From Octopus vulgaris (Eukaryota), in contig OX597827.1 in NCBI GenBank assembly GCA_951406725.2, positions 64,914,001-64,978,000 of the forward strand: a stretch of DNA of 64,000 bases, in the 5' to 3' direction. This document shows positions 1-14,215 of this stretch, piece by piece. Each line of letters opens with the position of its first letter. Positions within the stretch are counted from its first letter, which is position 1. The notes beneath the pieces were generated by a model. That model was not told the DNA's origin, searched no databases, and saw only the letters and a program-made list of their open reading frames with translations. The translations under genes and the position numbers were made by a program.

Positions 1-249
1 TCCAATACGTGGCCAAAGCTTAGTTTTTCACTACTAATATAGTGCTCTCAATCTCTTTTTCAGTGATCCTTTCTTCAAGCAATCCCACCGATGTTTGTGG
101 CTGCTTGGAATTGGCTCTGTAAATCCCTTGTTACGTTATGCTTCTTCATGTTCTTTTTGTATTTCTTGTTTTTCCCTTTTTTTTCTCTGCTTTCAATACT
201 CCTTCATACTTAACTGACGCTAGCAACCTTTCCTTACTTTGGGATTGAT

Positions 250-518
250 ATTCTTCTTCTTCTTCTTCTTCTTCTTCTTCTTCTTCTTCCCCTTCATCAT
301 CCCCTTCTTCTTCTTCCCCTTCTTCATCTCCTTCTTCTTCTTCTTCTTCTTCTTCTTCTTTTTCTTCTTCTTCTTTTTCTTCTTCTTCTTCTTCTTCTTC
401 TTCTTCTCCTCCTCTTCCTTCTCCTTCTTCTTCTTCTTCTCCTCCTCCTCCTCCTCCTCCTCCTCCTCCTCCTTCTCCTTCTTCTTCTTCTTCTTCTTCC
501 TATTCTTCTTCTTCTTCT

Positions 519-565
<47 letters not shown>

Positions 566-582
566 TTCTTCTTCTTCTTCCA
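250..582. repeat. (TTC)n/(TCC)n microsatellite
   Basis: Directly visible trinucleotide tract; explains the poly-K and poly-F ORFs. Confidence 0.95.
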
Positions 583-1000
583 CAACCGCCAGATCCAGTC
601 TGTTATGCGCTAGCAACTGATCTGTTTGGATTGTGAAATCCCAGAGGATTTTGCTAGTCTCTCTGCGGTTTTACCCATAACCCGTCTTACCTCTCTCTCT
701 AGCCCCCATTTCTCGTACAGTTTCCAATGTAGCACTTTCGCCACCTGGTCGTTTCGCTAGGACTTGTAGTGGTTTGGGGAAGGTCTATGACATTCATTCA
801 TGATATGGGCAATGGTTTCATCCACTCTATTGCAGATGCAGCACAACTGTGACGCTTGCTCATACCTAATGATGACCCTCCAGTTCGTGGCCAAAACTTG
901 GACTTGCGTTGCCTGTATAGAGCGCCCGGTCTCGTTTTTTAGGATTCCTTTCATCAGCCACTCCCATCCAATTTTCCAGCAACTCCTGCTGTGATTACAT
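583..1000 (-). mobile_element. Decayed R4/Dong-like non-LTR retrotransposon fragment (zinc knuckle and start of restriction-like endonuclease)
   Basis: Minus-strand translation gives LCCICNRVDETIAHIMNEC (CCHC knuckle), RNDQVAKVLHWKL and, after a frameshift, KILWDFTIQTDQLLAHNRLDL. These match the R4-clade motifs RHD.VAK.LHW and ILWDF.IQTD...HNRPD. One in-frame stop is present. Confidence 0.85.
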
Positions 1001-1019
1001 GGAGCTTCTATTCTGGGCA

Positions 1020-1387
<368 letters not shown>

Positions 1388-1390
<3 letters not shown>

Positions 1391-1655
1391 TTGCCTTTGC
1401 ACAGCTTCTAACACTGGAGATGTACTTCGGTGTCAGCTGATCACTTCCAGCGAAATAAAGTAACACTTCTTATTTTTCGAGCACCTTTAGAAGCATTCAA
1501 ACAGTTCCAAGCAGTGCTGTTTTCTACAAGTACACCACCCTTATTACAGCCCCTATTTGCTCCACCTACTTCTCGAGATTTTTGCTCACTGTTCTCAGGG
1601 TTCCGGCAATTATTTGTACTACTACAACCTTTTTCGTCGACCATAACTGTTTAAC
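1388..1655 (-). mobile_element. 3' end of an R4/Dong-like LINE (family 2) with 3' UTR running into (TGA/TAA)n
   Basis: Minus strand reads KQLWSTKKVVVVQIIAGTLRTVSKNLEK*VEQIGAVIRVVYL*KTALLGTV*MLLKVLEK*, the typical RLE-LINE C-terminus (LQK.ALLGTA.ILRKVL). Confidence 0.8.
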
Positions 1656-1764
<109 letters not shown>

Positions 1765-1779
1765 CATTATTATTATCAT

Positions 1780-1972
1780 TCAGTAGTTTTATTTTTATAA
1801 CGTGCTTTCACTTCACTACCGAGCGCAGCTCTGTGTGCCTTGGGTATGTGCTGTGATTTGTTGTGATGATCTTATGGTTATTGTATTGAAAGTGTTTTGC
1901 GTAGGATGTGTGCAGTGCCTAGTAGTGCAATTTTCTGTATGTTATATGTGTGTGTAAGTCCTGGTGTTTTTG
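1780..1972 (-). mobile_element. 5'-truncated 3' end of an R4/Dong-like LINE (family 1) inside (TAA)n
   Basis: Minus strand reads KTPGLTHTYNIQKIALLGTAHILRKTLSIQ*, followed by a 3' UTR nearly identical to 57680-57775. TAA tracts flank both sides. Confidence 0.85.
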
Positions 1973-1978
1973 CTGTTG

Positions 1979-2063
<85 letters not shown>

Positions 2064-2884
2064 CATTATTATCATTATTATCATCATCATTATTTGCATC
2101 AAACCCAGAAAGACCAAGCACTAATTTGAAATCAGGATGTACAGAGAACCTAAATAAATAGCACAGTTCATTTACTGCACCATTTCTACAGCCTAACACA
2201 TGACATGAATTTCAAGAACATATAAATAAGAACAAAATTACACCATTAGTTTATGATTTGATTTGTCCAAGAACAAGTTTACTTATTAATAAGCAGTTAT
2301 GTCTGAGAGGGAGACGAGAAAGAAAGCAAAAAAAGGAAGAAAGAGACGGAGATGATGATGATGATGATGATGATGAAGAAGAAGTAGATGAAGAAGAAGT
2401 AGATGGAGAAGTAGAAGAAAAAGAAGGTGAAGAAGAAGAAGAAGCGGATGATGACAATGGTGATGATGATTTGATGAAGATGATGATGACGATGATGATG
2501 ATGATGATGATGAGAAATATGATGAAAAAGAATGTAAATACAAATACATGAACGATGGCATCAAGCAAAACAACGACCACGACAACAATGACAAGAACAA
2601 CAAGAAGAACAATAGCAAAAAAAAATGATCGAATGAAGGAACAGAAGATTATAATAAAGTTGAAACAGATTTGTCACACCAGAGATGTAAACATTTAAAA
2701 AACAACCACCCCCCAAAAAAACCCCAGAATGCGACAAAAACATAATGAAGAAAGAAAGTAAAAAAAAATATATTGACTCGTGGCATTTGTTTGATGTTAA
2801 ACACAAAAATACGAGAAATAAACGAAAACACAAAACACAAAAAAATATTTAAGTTCGTCTAAATTGCAACAGGAAAGAATCAGC

Positions 2885-2938
<54 letters not shown>

Positions 2939-2941
2939 ATG

Positions 2942-2976
<35 letters not shown>

Positions 2977-3006
2977 GTGTGTACATGTACATATGTATAC
3001 ATATAC

Positions 3007-3106
<100 letters not shown>

Positions 3107-3171
3107 TATTCATGTATTTATGTGTGTATGTACATATATCTATATCTCGCTATCTATCTCACTTTCTCTCT

Positions 3172-3209
<38 letters not shown>

Positions 3210-4038
3210 CCCAGCTAATAAAAATAACGCAGAAAATAATGACACAATAGTCGTAAGCTGGAAGACAGCAACGATACATTTTTTTTTAACGAATCACAAA
3301 TTTATATTATTTGTTCATGACACTGCAATATTTTTATATGTAAATTATTGTTTGAGAAAAATGTGGTGTTTTGACAATTGTGGTAGACTTGTAATATTTT
3401 TTTTTCCGCGGTGCTTATGAAGTACTAAACGGTATTCGTCTCTCGTTGTTGTTGTTGGTGGTGCTTTTTCGTTGTTGTTGTTGTTGTTGGTGATGGTGGG
3501 TGCTTTTGTTGTTGCTGTTGTTGCTAATTAAGTTGTGATTTGTTGTTGCTGTTTTTGACTTCGTCGTTTGTCCTCCTTGTTTTTTTATCTTCATATTTGC
3601 AAGTCTAAACAAAAATGTGAGCAATACACCTGTACGTATCATATACACACACGCGCGCGCGTGTGACTATGTGCGTATGAGTGTGATATATCCATGAATG
3701 GTTAGGTGGTAACTAAAGACCCAGAGGTAAAAAACGCAACAGATAATTGTAATTTGCGTCCGAAACTGATAAATATATATATCTACACACACACACATAC
3801 ACAGACACACACACAGACAGATACTCACACACATCAGACACACATATACAAACAGACAGACACTCACACACATCAGACACACACACACAGACAGACAGAC
3901 ACAGCCACACACATATATATAACAAAGTGAAGTTGTAAGGTACCGCACGAGCGGAAATATATATGAAAGGTTTGAAAATGCAATTTTAAAAGATGTTTGC
4001 ATTTTCAAACATTCTTTCATATATATACATACGTATAC

Positions 4039-4104
<66 letters not shown>

Positions 4105-4715
4105 GTGTGTGTGTGTATGTATGTGTACGTACGTTTTGTGTGATTGAGTGGTGTAAAAATACGACAGAAGAACGAGTTTAAAGCCCCACATTATATTATA
4201 TTGACGCTCTGGAAACGGGGAAAAAGGAGTTATCTTTCACGTTTCGAGTATTCAGTCACCCTTATCCTAAAATGATTGACAAGGAGAAAAAAACTGAAGA
4301 AATAAGAACGCCCGTGCGTCCCACTGTTATGGCATACTGCAATATATATATATAAGAGCTCCTTCTCTCTATAGTTGGAAAAAATGAATCGATTTCATTA
4401 ATTTCAATGTTGATCTCTGTCGCATCAGAGACCATTTACACATTTCCGGCTCAGAGAGAGATAGAGAGTGTTATGTCATAAATATTTATGATTCATAAAA
4501 TGGCTGACAGATCTAAGATGGTGCGCCTAATTTGCATACCATTGTAACTGTTGGTAGACAATAATATATTAGTAGGAACAGTCTACACAGTAGGGTAATT
4601 GATACTATAAGTCCAGATGATAGCCTTTGTTTTGACTACTTACATGAATGCTTATATGCATTTGCACATGTAGGTTTATAAACTTGTAGATTTAGCGGTC
4701 AAGCACGGCGACTGT

Positions 4716-4776
<61 letters not shown>

Positions 4777-4777
<1 letters not shown>

Positions 4778-5075
4778 CGTGAAGTATATTTGCCACTTAC
4801 ACGTGGCTAATCCTTAAGGGTGGATGCTACTGTTGCTTGTAGCCCTAGGAGAACACCTCCTCCAGCTGGCTATTGACTCACTTTCTGTGCTCTATCAGTA
4901 TTTGCAAAAGGAAGCCATCCTTCCCATTTTCAACCTGACATGATACACACGGACTCGAGTTTCTGAATATTGACCCGTCATCAGCGTGTGACAATCACCG
5001 ATTGCTAATGAAAAGCGAGTCCCGTTTGTAAATATATATCCATTTTCCAGTGACTAAAAGTCACTTACACCGAAA
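4777..5075 (-). mobile_element. Short (TA)n-flanked non-coding element carrying a hammerhead ribozyme (PLE-type terminal repeat)
   Basis: About 300 bp of complex sequence between two (TA)n tracts, with an HHR at 4946-4990. Confidence 0.55.
4946..4990 (-). ncRNA. Type I hammerhead ribozyme motif
   Basis: Minus strand: CACACG CUGAUGA CGGGUCAAUAUUCA GAAA CUCGAG UC CGUGUG. Stem I is 6 bp, the core is canonical, stem III is palindromic (ACUCGAGU) and the cleavage triplet is GUC. Confidence 0.8.
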
Positions 5076-5088
5076 ATATATATGTATG

Positions 5089-5135
<47 letters not shown>

Positions 5136-5136
<1 letters not shown>

Positions 5137-5408
5137 GGACTTTCACCTCGTTAGACGACGTATGAAGGCTCTGCAATTTTTTTGTTGACCAGCCACTCAA
5201 AGGCTTTGTTTGTAATTATCAAGTGTTTTTGTTTACATAAACTCACCGCGTGCCACAGGTCAGCTGACGAAGCGATCGCAGAGCAACGTGAAACGAAATG
5301 CTTTGCCGAAGAAGTACGACGCAAGAACACAACGCCCGGTCTAGCAATGGAAATAGCGATTTGACAACCGTGAGTGGAACACCCTAACCACTAAGCCACG
5401 CGCTTTCA
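5136..5408 (-). mobile_element. Degenerate tRNA-derived SINE (family E)
   Basis: Minus-strand head gcgcgtggcttagtggttagggtg is A-box-like; the same head occurs at 60580-60648. Confidence 0.6.
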
Positions 5409-5566
5409 CACGCATACACTCACCCACACACGCACACACAAGCACACACATATGTATATACACACATATATGCGTATATGCATGTATATGCATGTATAAG
5501 TAAAATAGATGTGTATTTGTATATATACATACGCACACACACATATATAAACACATACATACACAC

Positions 5567-5656
<90 letters not shown>

Positions 5657-5961
5657 CCACATATATCTATTTATATTCACTTATAATTTATTCATAGTGT
5701 TTTATCTCTCTCCAATATGTATATCATTTCGTTGAAACGATCTTCAAATCGTAAAAAAGATAAACTCTATGAATAAATTATGCAACGCCACATTAAACAG
5801 TGATGCATTGAGTATCTAATTGAAATTGGTCTTCTTTGTTTTAGAAATTAGAGCACACGAACACACACACATAAATATATCTTTATATATTTATATATGT
5901 ATGTGTGTATATATATAAATGTATGTGTATGTATATATATATATATATATATAAATGTATG

Positions 5962-5994
<33 letters not shown>

Positions 5995-6164
5995 GCATAT
6001 ATATATATATAAATGTATATATATGTATATATATATACATATATATATGTGTGCGTGCGTGTGTGTATACACACACACATATATATTTGTATATGTATGT
6101 ATATAGATATAAGTATGTATATATATTTAAGTATGTATGTATATGTACACACACACACAAACAC

Positions 6165-6202
<38 letters not shown>

Positions 6203-6835
6203 AGAGAAAGACAGATTGAGACAGATAGACAGATAGATAGTGAGAGAGAGAGAGAAAGATTACGAGAAAGATAGATCGAGAAAGAGCGAGGGGAGATAGT
6301 GAAAGAGGGGGAAAGAGTGAGAGAGATGCGTGTGTATATATTTGTGCTAATATATCTGTTTCTTTTTTTGCGTAGTATTTAAACTATGACCTGAAGAGTT
6401 AAAGGTGCGTGATAATATTTATATTTATATTTAACAATTATTTTTATTACATTTACATTTGATCGATAAATCAATGTAGCAAAGCGAGCTATCGTGGCCA
6501 TTATGTATAGGGCATACGACATGGGACTTTCGGCTTCCTCATAAATTATAATACCCAGAAATAATACAGATACAATATAGAAATTTTGTAAATAAATTCA
6601 ATGAAACGAAACGACCAGAATGAAAATGAACACAACCTTATATAAATCTATCAATGAGTTATGCATACACCTTGCAATTTTTAATAACTCAAGAATTTAT
6701 GATGTATGGCATATTATGTTCCAGTATGGGTCTAAGTTGTTCCAAATCAGGCCATTGGCAACGATTCTGAATTATTTCTCTGCAATTTACCAAAGTCGTG
6801 AATGCATTCTGTTTTTTTTTTTGGTACAAGTCATA

Positions 6836-7240
6836 GGTGTAGGAGTGGCTATGTGGTAAGTAGCTTGCTTACCAACCACATGGTTCCGGGTTCATTCCCA
6901 CGGCGTGGAACCTTGGGCAAGTGTCTTCATTTAACCCCTCGGGCCGACCAAAGCCTTGTGAGTGGATTTGGTAGACCCAAACTGAAAGAAGCCTGTCGTA
7001 TATATGTATATATCAATATGTATGTGTGCGTATATGTTTGTGTGTCTGTGTTTGTCCCCCAAAATCGCTTGGCAACCGCTGCTGGTGTGTTTACGTTCCC
7101 CTAACCTAGTGGTTCGCCAAAAGGGACCGATAGAATAAGTACTAGCCTTACATAGAATAAGTCCTGGGGGTCATTTGTTTGACTAAAGGTGGTGCTGCAG
7201 CATGGCCACAGTCAAATGACGGAAACAAGTAAAAGAGTAA
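6836..7240 (+). mobile_element. tRNA-derived SINE family A (octopus-type)
   Basis: Head ggagtggct(a/g)tgtggtaag...gggttca, internal (TA/TG)n, tail ...aaacaagtaaaagag; many copies in the window. Confidence 0.85.
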
Positions 7241-7629
7241 GTCTAACTCCCTTGGTTACTGAGGATTTTTAAGTCGATGGTCGTGGTGATGAAGGGCTTT
7301 TGAGGCAAAAGCAAGTGACCAGACTGCGCTCTTCTTATTTCAAGTTAATAAGCCTACCCTTAACCCTAGTGAAGTCAAATTTCGAGAAGCCCTTATTTTT
7401 GGGTTTATCACCTCATCTCCAGTGCAGCAAATGCGATTTAGTACTTGAGACACATCATCTAGAGGTGGAGATAATTTTTCTAAATCAAGAATTTATGTTT
7501 TATGGTATTTCATATACCTGCATTTAATTATCCATCTTTATATGTTTGTATATTGTGCTTCCTGGCGATGCGTCGACGGAAAACTGATAACGATTTTAAA
7601 TTTTTGCCACAAGGGCAGCTTGGGGGAGG

Positions 7630-7985
7630 GGGTTAAGTCGATTACGTCGACCCCAGTGCGTAACTGGTACTTATTTAATAGACCCCGAAATGATGAAAGA
7701 CAAAGTCGACTTCGGCAGAATTTGAACTCAGACCGTAGCGGCAGACGAAATACCTATTTCTTTATTACCCACAAGGGGCTAAACACAGAGGGGACAAACA
7801 AGGATAGACATAGGTATTAAGTCGATTACATCGACCCCAGTGCGTAACTGGTACTTAAGTTATCGACCCCGAAAGGATGAAAGACAAAGTCGACCTCGGC
7901 GGAATTTGAACTCAGACCGTAGCGGCAGACGAAATAGCGTTAATATTTCGCCTGGCGTGCTAACGATTCTGCCAGCTTGCCGACT
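7630..7985 (-). mobile_element. SINE family B, head plus two body units
   Basis: Reverse complement of ggcggcgagctggcagaa...gagttcaaattccgccgaggtcgactttg..., with the body duplicated. Confidence 0.85.
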
Positions 7986-8527
7986 TTCGAAGAAAACATG
8001 ATAATACGGCGGAGATCCATTGATAAAAACTGCTGGTTATGGAATGTCAGTTATTTCCGTTGTCTTATGACACCGGTCTTATGAGCTCATGAATTTGGTT
8101 AAATTTCTACTAGTTTGTTGTATAAAATTTGTACTGGTCACTGTTTTAAACTGTCCCCCTAAGGTTGTTGTTAAACGCTGACTTAATTGACAATTTCATG
8201 GCTGTGTACTGACCGATTGATTTATATTCAATATGTTCGAGTACCGTAAATATAAATATATGTAGCTCTTACTATGCGTGCGCACATACACACACACATG
8301 CACACACGCATACACACACACACACACGCACGCACACACGCATACACACATATACACACACGTACATTGGCACGTGTCCGACCATGTACAAAAGCCGTTG
8401 CGTTTGTGGTATGCTTGTGTGTGACTGTGTACGCGCGTATATACACACGCATACACACTCACACATACGTACGTAGATACATACATAGGTACATACACAG
8501 ACAAAGACAGACACTCACACAGACACA

Positions 8528-8917
8528 CGCACCGAGCGAAATGCCTAGCGGTATTTCGCCTGTCGTTATGTTCTGAGTTCAAATTCCGCAGTGGTCGACT
8601 TTGCCTTTCATCCTTTCGGGGTCAATAAATTAAGTACCAGTTACGCACTGGGGTCAATGTAATCGACTTGCTCCGTTTGTCTGTCCTTGTTTGTCCCCTC
8701 TGTGTGTAGCCCCTTGTGGGTAGTAAAGAAATAGGTATTTCGTCTGCTGTTACGTCCTGAGTTCAAATTGCCGCCGAGATCGACTTTGCTTTTCATCCTT
8801 TCGGGGTCGATTAAATAAGTACCAGTTAATCACTGGATCAAGGCATTCGACTTAATCCCCTTGCTTGTCCTTGTTTGTCCCCTCTATGTTTAGTGCCTGT
8901 GGGCAATAAAGAAATAA
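8528..8917 (+). mobile_element. SINE family B, two body units
   Basis: Two consecutive ggtatttcg...gagttcaaatt...aaagaaata units. Confidence 0.85.
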
Positions 8918-9639
8918 ATATAATTTGTTTACATTTTTGGGATTCGGCAAAAGATACCGATCGACTTAAAAGCAAGAATCGGGGTCACTTCCTCGACTGA
9001 ACCCCTTAAAGCAGCCCCAAATAGAGTCTTTGTTACCAATGACTGAAACATCTAAAGAATAAATGGTCAAAGGTTTCTATATCAGCCAAAGAACTGTATT
9101 TTCAGGATTGTTACAGCGTCGTATGACTTGCGATGTTTGTACCTTCCCTTTACGTGATTAGTCCAAAGTCCGCCTATGTTAGTTTTGACTTCCTCCTTTC
9201 AGATGGGCAATATAAAGTACTAGACAACTATTTGGTTCGATTTCATAAACAAATCTACAACACGCCAAATGTGTAGCCCTGCATCTATGATAGAAGTCAG
9301 AATCATTAGGATGCCGGGTAAAATTCTTAGCGGCGTTTCGTTCGTCTTTACATACTGATTTGAAACGCCGCCGAGGTCGACTTTGACTTTCATCCTTTCG
9401 GAGTCGATAAATGAAGTATTAGTCAAGCAAAGGGTCGATGTAATCGACTATCCGCTTCTCCTCAAACTCCAGGACTTGCGTCTATAGTAGAAAAGGTAAT
9501 CCTAAGTAGCATTATGGTGGCGAGGTGGCAGGAATGTTACCGTGCCAGACAAAATACTTAATGGCATTTCTTCCGTTACGTTCCGAGTGTAAACCTCATC
9601 AAGGTCAACATCACCTTTCATCCAGTCAGGATCTATTAG

Positions 9640-10179
9640 CCATTCGCGGGCTGGTGGGGTCCCTTGGGAACCCAGCAAATTTTTAAAATTATGTAGCTTT
9701 TAAATTTTTTATTTCAATGATTTTATATCTCAAGACTTTTATTGTCAACAGTTTATGTATTCTCATACAAATTTTGAGTTAAAAATTTCTAGTCATAAGG
9801 ATGTTATAGCATAAAATATGGTCGTTGGAGTCCAACTGGACTCCAATGACCTTCTGTGAAATTATTTTTTCTGTTCTATTTTCAGATAATCTGATGAACT
9901 ATAAATCAATTTGTTTCGTATTTGTTCTGATATGAATCGATATACTAAATAATTTTGTTATATTTTATATTTAGTGCTATATGTATAGTTTATAAGACTA
10001 TAAAGAAAATGCTGATTTTTTTCAATAAAGGTTTCTTTCAGTCAATAAATCACATATTAATCCCCATCCGTTAAACGCTAACAATATATGGATGGAGCGG
10101 AAATGCTCAAAATTGAAAGGGGGTCACTTGGAACCGGATCTCCTTTTGTGTAATTCGAAACGCGCCGGCCAGTGAAGGG
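9640..10179. mobile_element. piggyBac-like MITE nested in a degenerate family B SINE
   Basis: Left end ttag|ccattcgcgggctgg and right end ccggccagtgaaggg|ttaa give 11/15 matching TIR bases with a TTAA-like TSD. SINE B sequence resumes on both sides. Confidence 0.6.
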
Positions 10180-10983
10180 TTAAATAAAGTACCAATCAAG
10201 AACAAGCACAGATGTAATTGATTTACCTATTTTCCTAAAATTGCTGGCTTTGTGTGAAAATCGGAAACAATTATATAACGTTATTCCATTATGTCCAACA
10301 AGCAAAAGAGCGTGTGCCAGTATATATGCGTTTGTCTGTGTAATTTAGGCATGTTTCTCTCACAAATAAAGACGCATGCATGCAGACATATAAATGTATG
10401 CATGTATGAATAAATTTAATATTATTTATGCGCGTGCACGTATAGACACATAAACACACACTAACGCATGCACGCACAAACAAAATCGCAAATTCTACGT
10501 TTGGAAGATGTAGGCAAGGTTACAGAAGCAAAACCACCCAGAACAGCCACAAAATGAAATCATTAACTGATATCGTTAGACACCGAGCTGACGCCATTTT
10601 GGCAGGAGGCCAGCAGAGTGCTTATTGCTACTGGTTTGTTTTCTGATTGCTTTGAGAGTTGGTTTATTTTTAAAATCAAATTAAGACAATTTAATGATAA
10701 TTAGTTCACGTTCAATTTGTATAATTGGACTGCGGAGACTGTTGAAGTGTTCCCGTTTCTGTTTTTGTTTGTGTGTAGAAGTAACCACACGATTACATGC
10801 ATAAATGCACACTAGCATATACATACACACACACACACACATGCCTAATACATACATACATACATACATACATACATACATACATACATACACACACATA
10901 CATACATGCATCCATACACACATATAAGCACTCATGTATCCACATATGTATATAGATACACTCATATATACGGAAATCCATGC

Positions 10984-11018
<35 letters not shown>

Positions 11019-11079
11019 TATATATATATATATATACATATGTATGTATGTGTATCTGTATATGCATATATATATATGC

Positions 11080-11117
<38 letters not shown>

Positions 11118-11418
11118 ATGCCTGCATGGATTTTGGTATATATGCGTGTATGTGTATACATGTGTGAATAAATGGGTGCTTATATTTGTGTGTGTGTGTG
11201 TGTGCATGTGGATATCTTAAAGTCATTATACTGTTTTTAAGGTTGACTCTTTTTCCATTATTTCAAGTTTCCTGTCGAAGGAACCTTTGTAAAAGTGCAA
11301 ACATAACCCCCACACACATACGCAAAAACACACACACATGCAAACACACCACAAACACCCCTCACACCATTACCCACACAAACACACATGCATGTAAAAA
11401 TATATGTGTAGAAATGAA

Positions 11419-11450
<32 letters not shown>

Positions 11451-11835
11451 CTCTTTTAATATTTTATTTGTTTCAGTCATTTAACTGTGGCCATGCTGGA
11501 GCACCACCTTTAGTCGAGAAAATCGACCCCAGGACTTATTCTTTCTAAGCCTAGTACTTATTTTATCATTTGCTGAACCGCTAAGTTACGGGGCTGTAAA
11601 CATACCAGAATCAGTTGTCAAGCGATGTTGAGGGGACAAGCACAGACACACAAACATATACGCACACGCACACACACAAATACACACACACACACACACA
11701 TATATATATGTATATACACGACAGGCTTTCAGTCTACCAAATCCTCTGACAAAGCTTTGGTCGGTCCGCGGCTATAGGAGAAGACACTTGGCCAAGGTGC
11801 CACGCAGTGGGACTGAATCCGGAACCATGTGGTTG
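11451..11835 (-). mobile_element. SINE family A (head truncated)
   Basis: Reverse complement of the family A body and tail. Confidence 0.85.
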
Positions 11836-11931
11836 TACGAGTGAGTAGAGTAGAAAAATGAAACAAGAGTACTCAACACATTTTTTGGCAATTACATATA
11901 TAGATCAAATTAGTTTGACTCGGAATCCTTG

Positions 11932-12113
11932 GTTTCAGGCGCGTGGCTAATCTTCGGTCATTGGAGTCTGAATCAGTGTTCAGTGTTTACTGGACGCTGA
12001 AGTACAACCTTTCTCGATCAATCGCAGGCTAACGTCCTTTAATAATCATTGACTCTCTACAATCGAAGCCACATTCAGACTCCAATTGCAAGAACTGGTC
12101 ACGCGCTTCTAAC
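11932..12113. repeat. Imperfect inverted repeat, MITE-like (~180 bp)
   Basis: gcgcgtggctaatc...ttggagtctgaat (11932-11973) pairs with attcagactccaa...ggtcacgcgc (12073-12113). Confidence 0.5.
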
Positions 12114-12256
12114 TTAGAGTATCAAGGGTTCTGAATGAAATAGTTTTGATCCCCTCCCACCATCTCCCCCCCCCATATATATATATATATATATATATAT
12201 AGTATGTGACCTATTAGTAGGTGACCTCGTCTGTATCACTATATATATATAGTATG

Positions 12257-12451
12257 TGACCTCGTCTGTATCACTAGCGACATTTTTTCGCCTGTCTTCC
12301 CTTCTCGGGACCTTTCCTTCTCCTATGTTTCCGACGAAGAGCTCCGCTCGAAACGTCAAACCCTCCTTCTTCCCTTCTTTCCTGAGCGTCCAATAATACT
12401 TTATTTGTTCCAAGTCCTTGCGTTGTTGTCCTTTCGTTTTCTTGTTTGGAT

Positions 12452-12457
<6 letters not shown>
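12257..12457 (+). mobile_element. ~200 bp HHR-bearing element family P1, (TA)n-flanked
   Basis: Near-identical copies at 19688, 23382, 25360 and 34167. Minimal HHR GUUU CCGACGA A GAGC UCC GCUC GAAA CGUC AAAC at 12327-12361. Confidence 0.8.
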
Positions 12458-12505
<48 letters not shown>

Positions 12506-12728
12506 ATCAATATAGGGTGGCAAAAAAAAATTTTGTAGGATTCTTTTGCCACAAGCGGCCTAGTGGGAAAAAAGTAAATAGTCATAAACCATTTTTAAGT
12601 TCAACATCACAATCAAGGAACGGCCATAATAGGCCATTCACCCACTAGAAATAACAGCCAAAAGCTTTAACCGCAAAATAACATCAATTCCGTAAACCAG
12701 GAGAAAATTAAAAAACATTTACCCTGTA

Positions 12729-12835
12729 ATTTCTTAGACGATGCACCGTTTCATCTACCGTTTAATGGTAAACTAACCTGATTAAATTAAATCAAGCCAA
12801 TCTACCATAGGCCCTTAGATTCATCAGTAAGAAAT
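12729..12835 (-). ncRNA. Type I hammerhead ribozyme (long stem II)
   Basis: Reverse complement of the motif at 13500-13606. Confidence 0.85.
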
Positions 12836-13220
12836 AGCCAAGTCGGAACAGATATTTTTCACGAGGCATTCCCCTTGCTACCTCGGCAATATCTGACCTA
12901 AAATTTTCAAATCGTCGCACTCGCGCCAAATTTATCGGCAGCAAATAAATATAAGCCACCGATTCCATTACGGAATTAACCAGAAAATTCATAATTAATC
13001 AATATAGGGTGGCAAAAAAAAATTTTGTAGGATTCTTTTGCCACCAGCGGCCTAGTGGGAAAAAATTAAATAGTCATAAACCATTTTTAAGTTCAACATC
13101 ACAATCAAGGAACGGCCATAATAGGCCATTCACCCACTAGAAATAACAGCCAAAAGCTTTAACCGCAAAATAACATCAATTCCGTAAACCAGGAGAAAAT
13201 TAAAAAACATTTACCCTGTA

Positions 13221-13327
13221 ATTTCTTAGACGATGCACCGTTTCATCTACTGTTTAATGGTAAACTAACCTGATTAAATTAAATCAAGCCAATCTACCAT
13301 AGGCCCTTAGATTCATCAGTAAGAAAT
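13221..13327 (-). ncRNA. Type I hammerhead ribozyme (long stem II)
   Basis: Second minus-strand copy, 492 bp from the first. Confidence 0.85.
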
Positions 13328-13499
13328 AGCCAAGTCGGAACAGATATTTTTCACGAGGCATTCCCCTTGCTACCTCGGCAATATCTGACCTAAAATTTTC
13401 AAAATTTGGCGCGAGTGCGACGATTTGAAAATTTTAGGTCAGATATTGCCGAGGTAGCAAGGGGAATGCCTCGTGAAAAATATCTGTTCCGACTTGGCT

Positions 13500-13606
13500 A
13501 TTTCTTACTGATGAATCTAAGGGCCTATGGTAGATTGGCTTGATTTAATTTAATCAGGTTAGTTTACCATTAAACGGTAGATGAAACGGTGCATCGTCTA
13601 AGAAAT
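13500..13606 (+). ncRNA. Type I hammerhead ribozyme (long stem II)
   Basis: AUUUCUUA CUGAUGA AUCUA...UAGAU GAAA CGGUGCAUCG UC UAAGAAAU. Stem I is 8 bp, the core is canonical, stem II is extended by a hairpin (auggua...uuaccau), and the site is GUC. Confidence 0.88.
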
Positions 13607-13990
13607 TACAGGGTAAATGTTTTTTAATTTTCTCCTGGTTTACGGAATTGATGTTATTTTGCGGTTAAAGCTTTTGGCTGTTATTTCTAGTGGGTGAATG
13701 GCCTATTATGGCCGTTCCTTGATTGTGATGTTGAACTTAAAAATGGTTTATGACTATTTAATTTTTTCCCACTAGGCCGCTGGTGGCAAAAGAATCCTAC
13801 AAAATTTTTTTTGCCACCCTATATTGATTAATTATGAATTTTCTGGTTAATTCCGTAATGGAATCGGTGGCTTATATTTATTTGCTGCCGATAAATTTGG
13901 CGCGAGTGCGACGATTTGAACATTTTAGGTCAGATATTGCCGAGGTAGCAAGGGGAATGCCTCGTGAAAAATATCTGTTCCGACTTGGCT

Positions 13991-14097
13991 ATTTCTTACT
14001 GATGAATCTAAGGGACTATGGTAGATTGGCTTGATTTAATTTAATCAGGTTAGTTTACCATTAAACGGTAGATGAAACGGTGCATCGTCTAAGAAAT
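13991..14097 (+). ncRNA. Type I hammerhead ribozyme (long stem II)
   Basis: Second plus-strand copy, 491 bp downstream. Confidence 0.88.
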
Positions 14098-14215
14098 TAC
14101 AGGGTAAATGTTTTTTAATTTTCTCCTGGTTTACGGAATTGATGTTATTTTGCGGTTAAAGCTTTTGGCTGTTATTTCTAGTGGGTGAATGGCCTATTAT
14201 GGCCGTTCCTTGATT

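Noticed and set aside
12792-14034. Near-identical 66 aa ORFs on opposite strands (MNFLVNSVMES...)
   Set aside because: Their identity follows from the inverted repeat; no recognisable domain, and the ORF overlaps the ribozyme.
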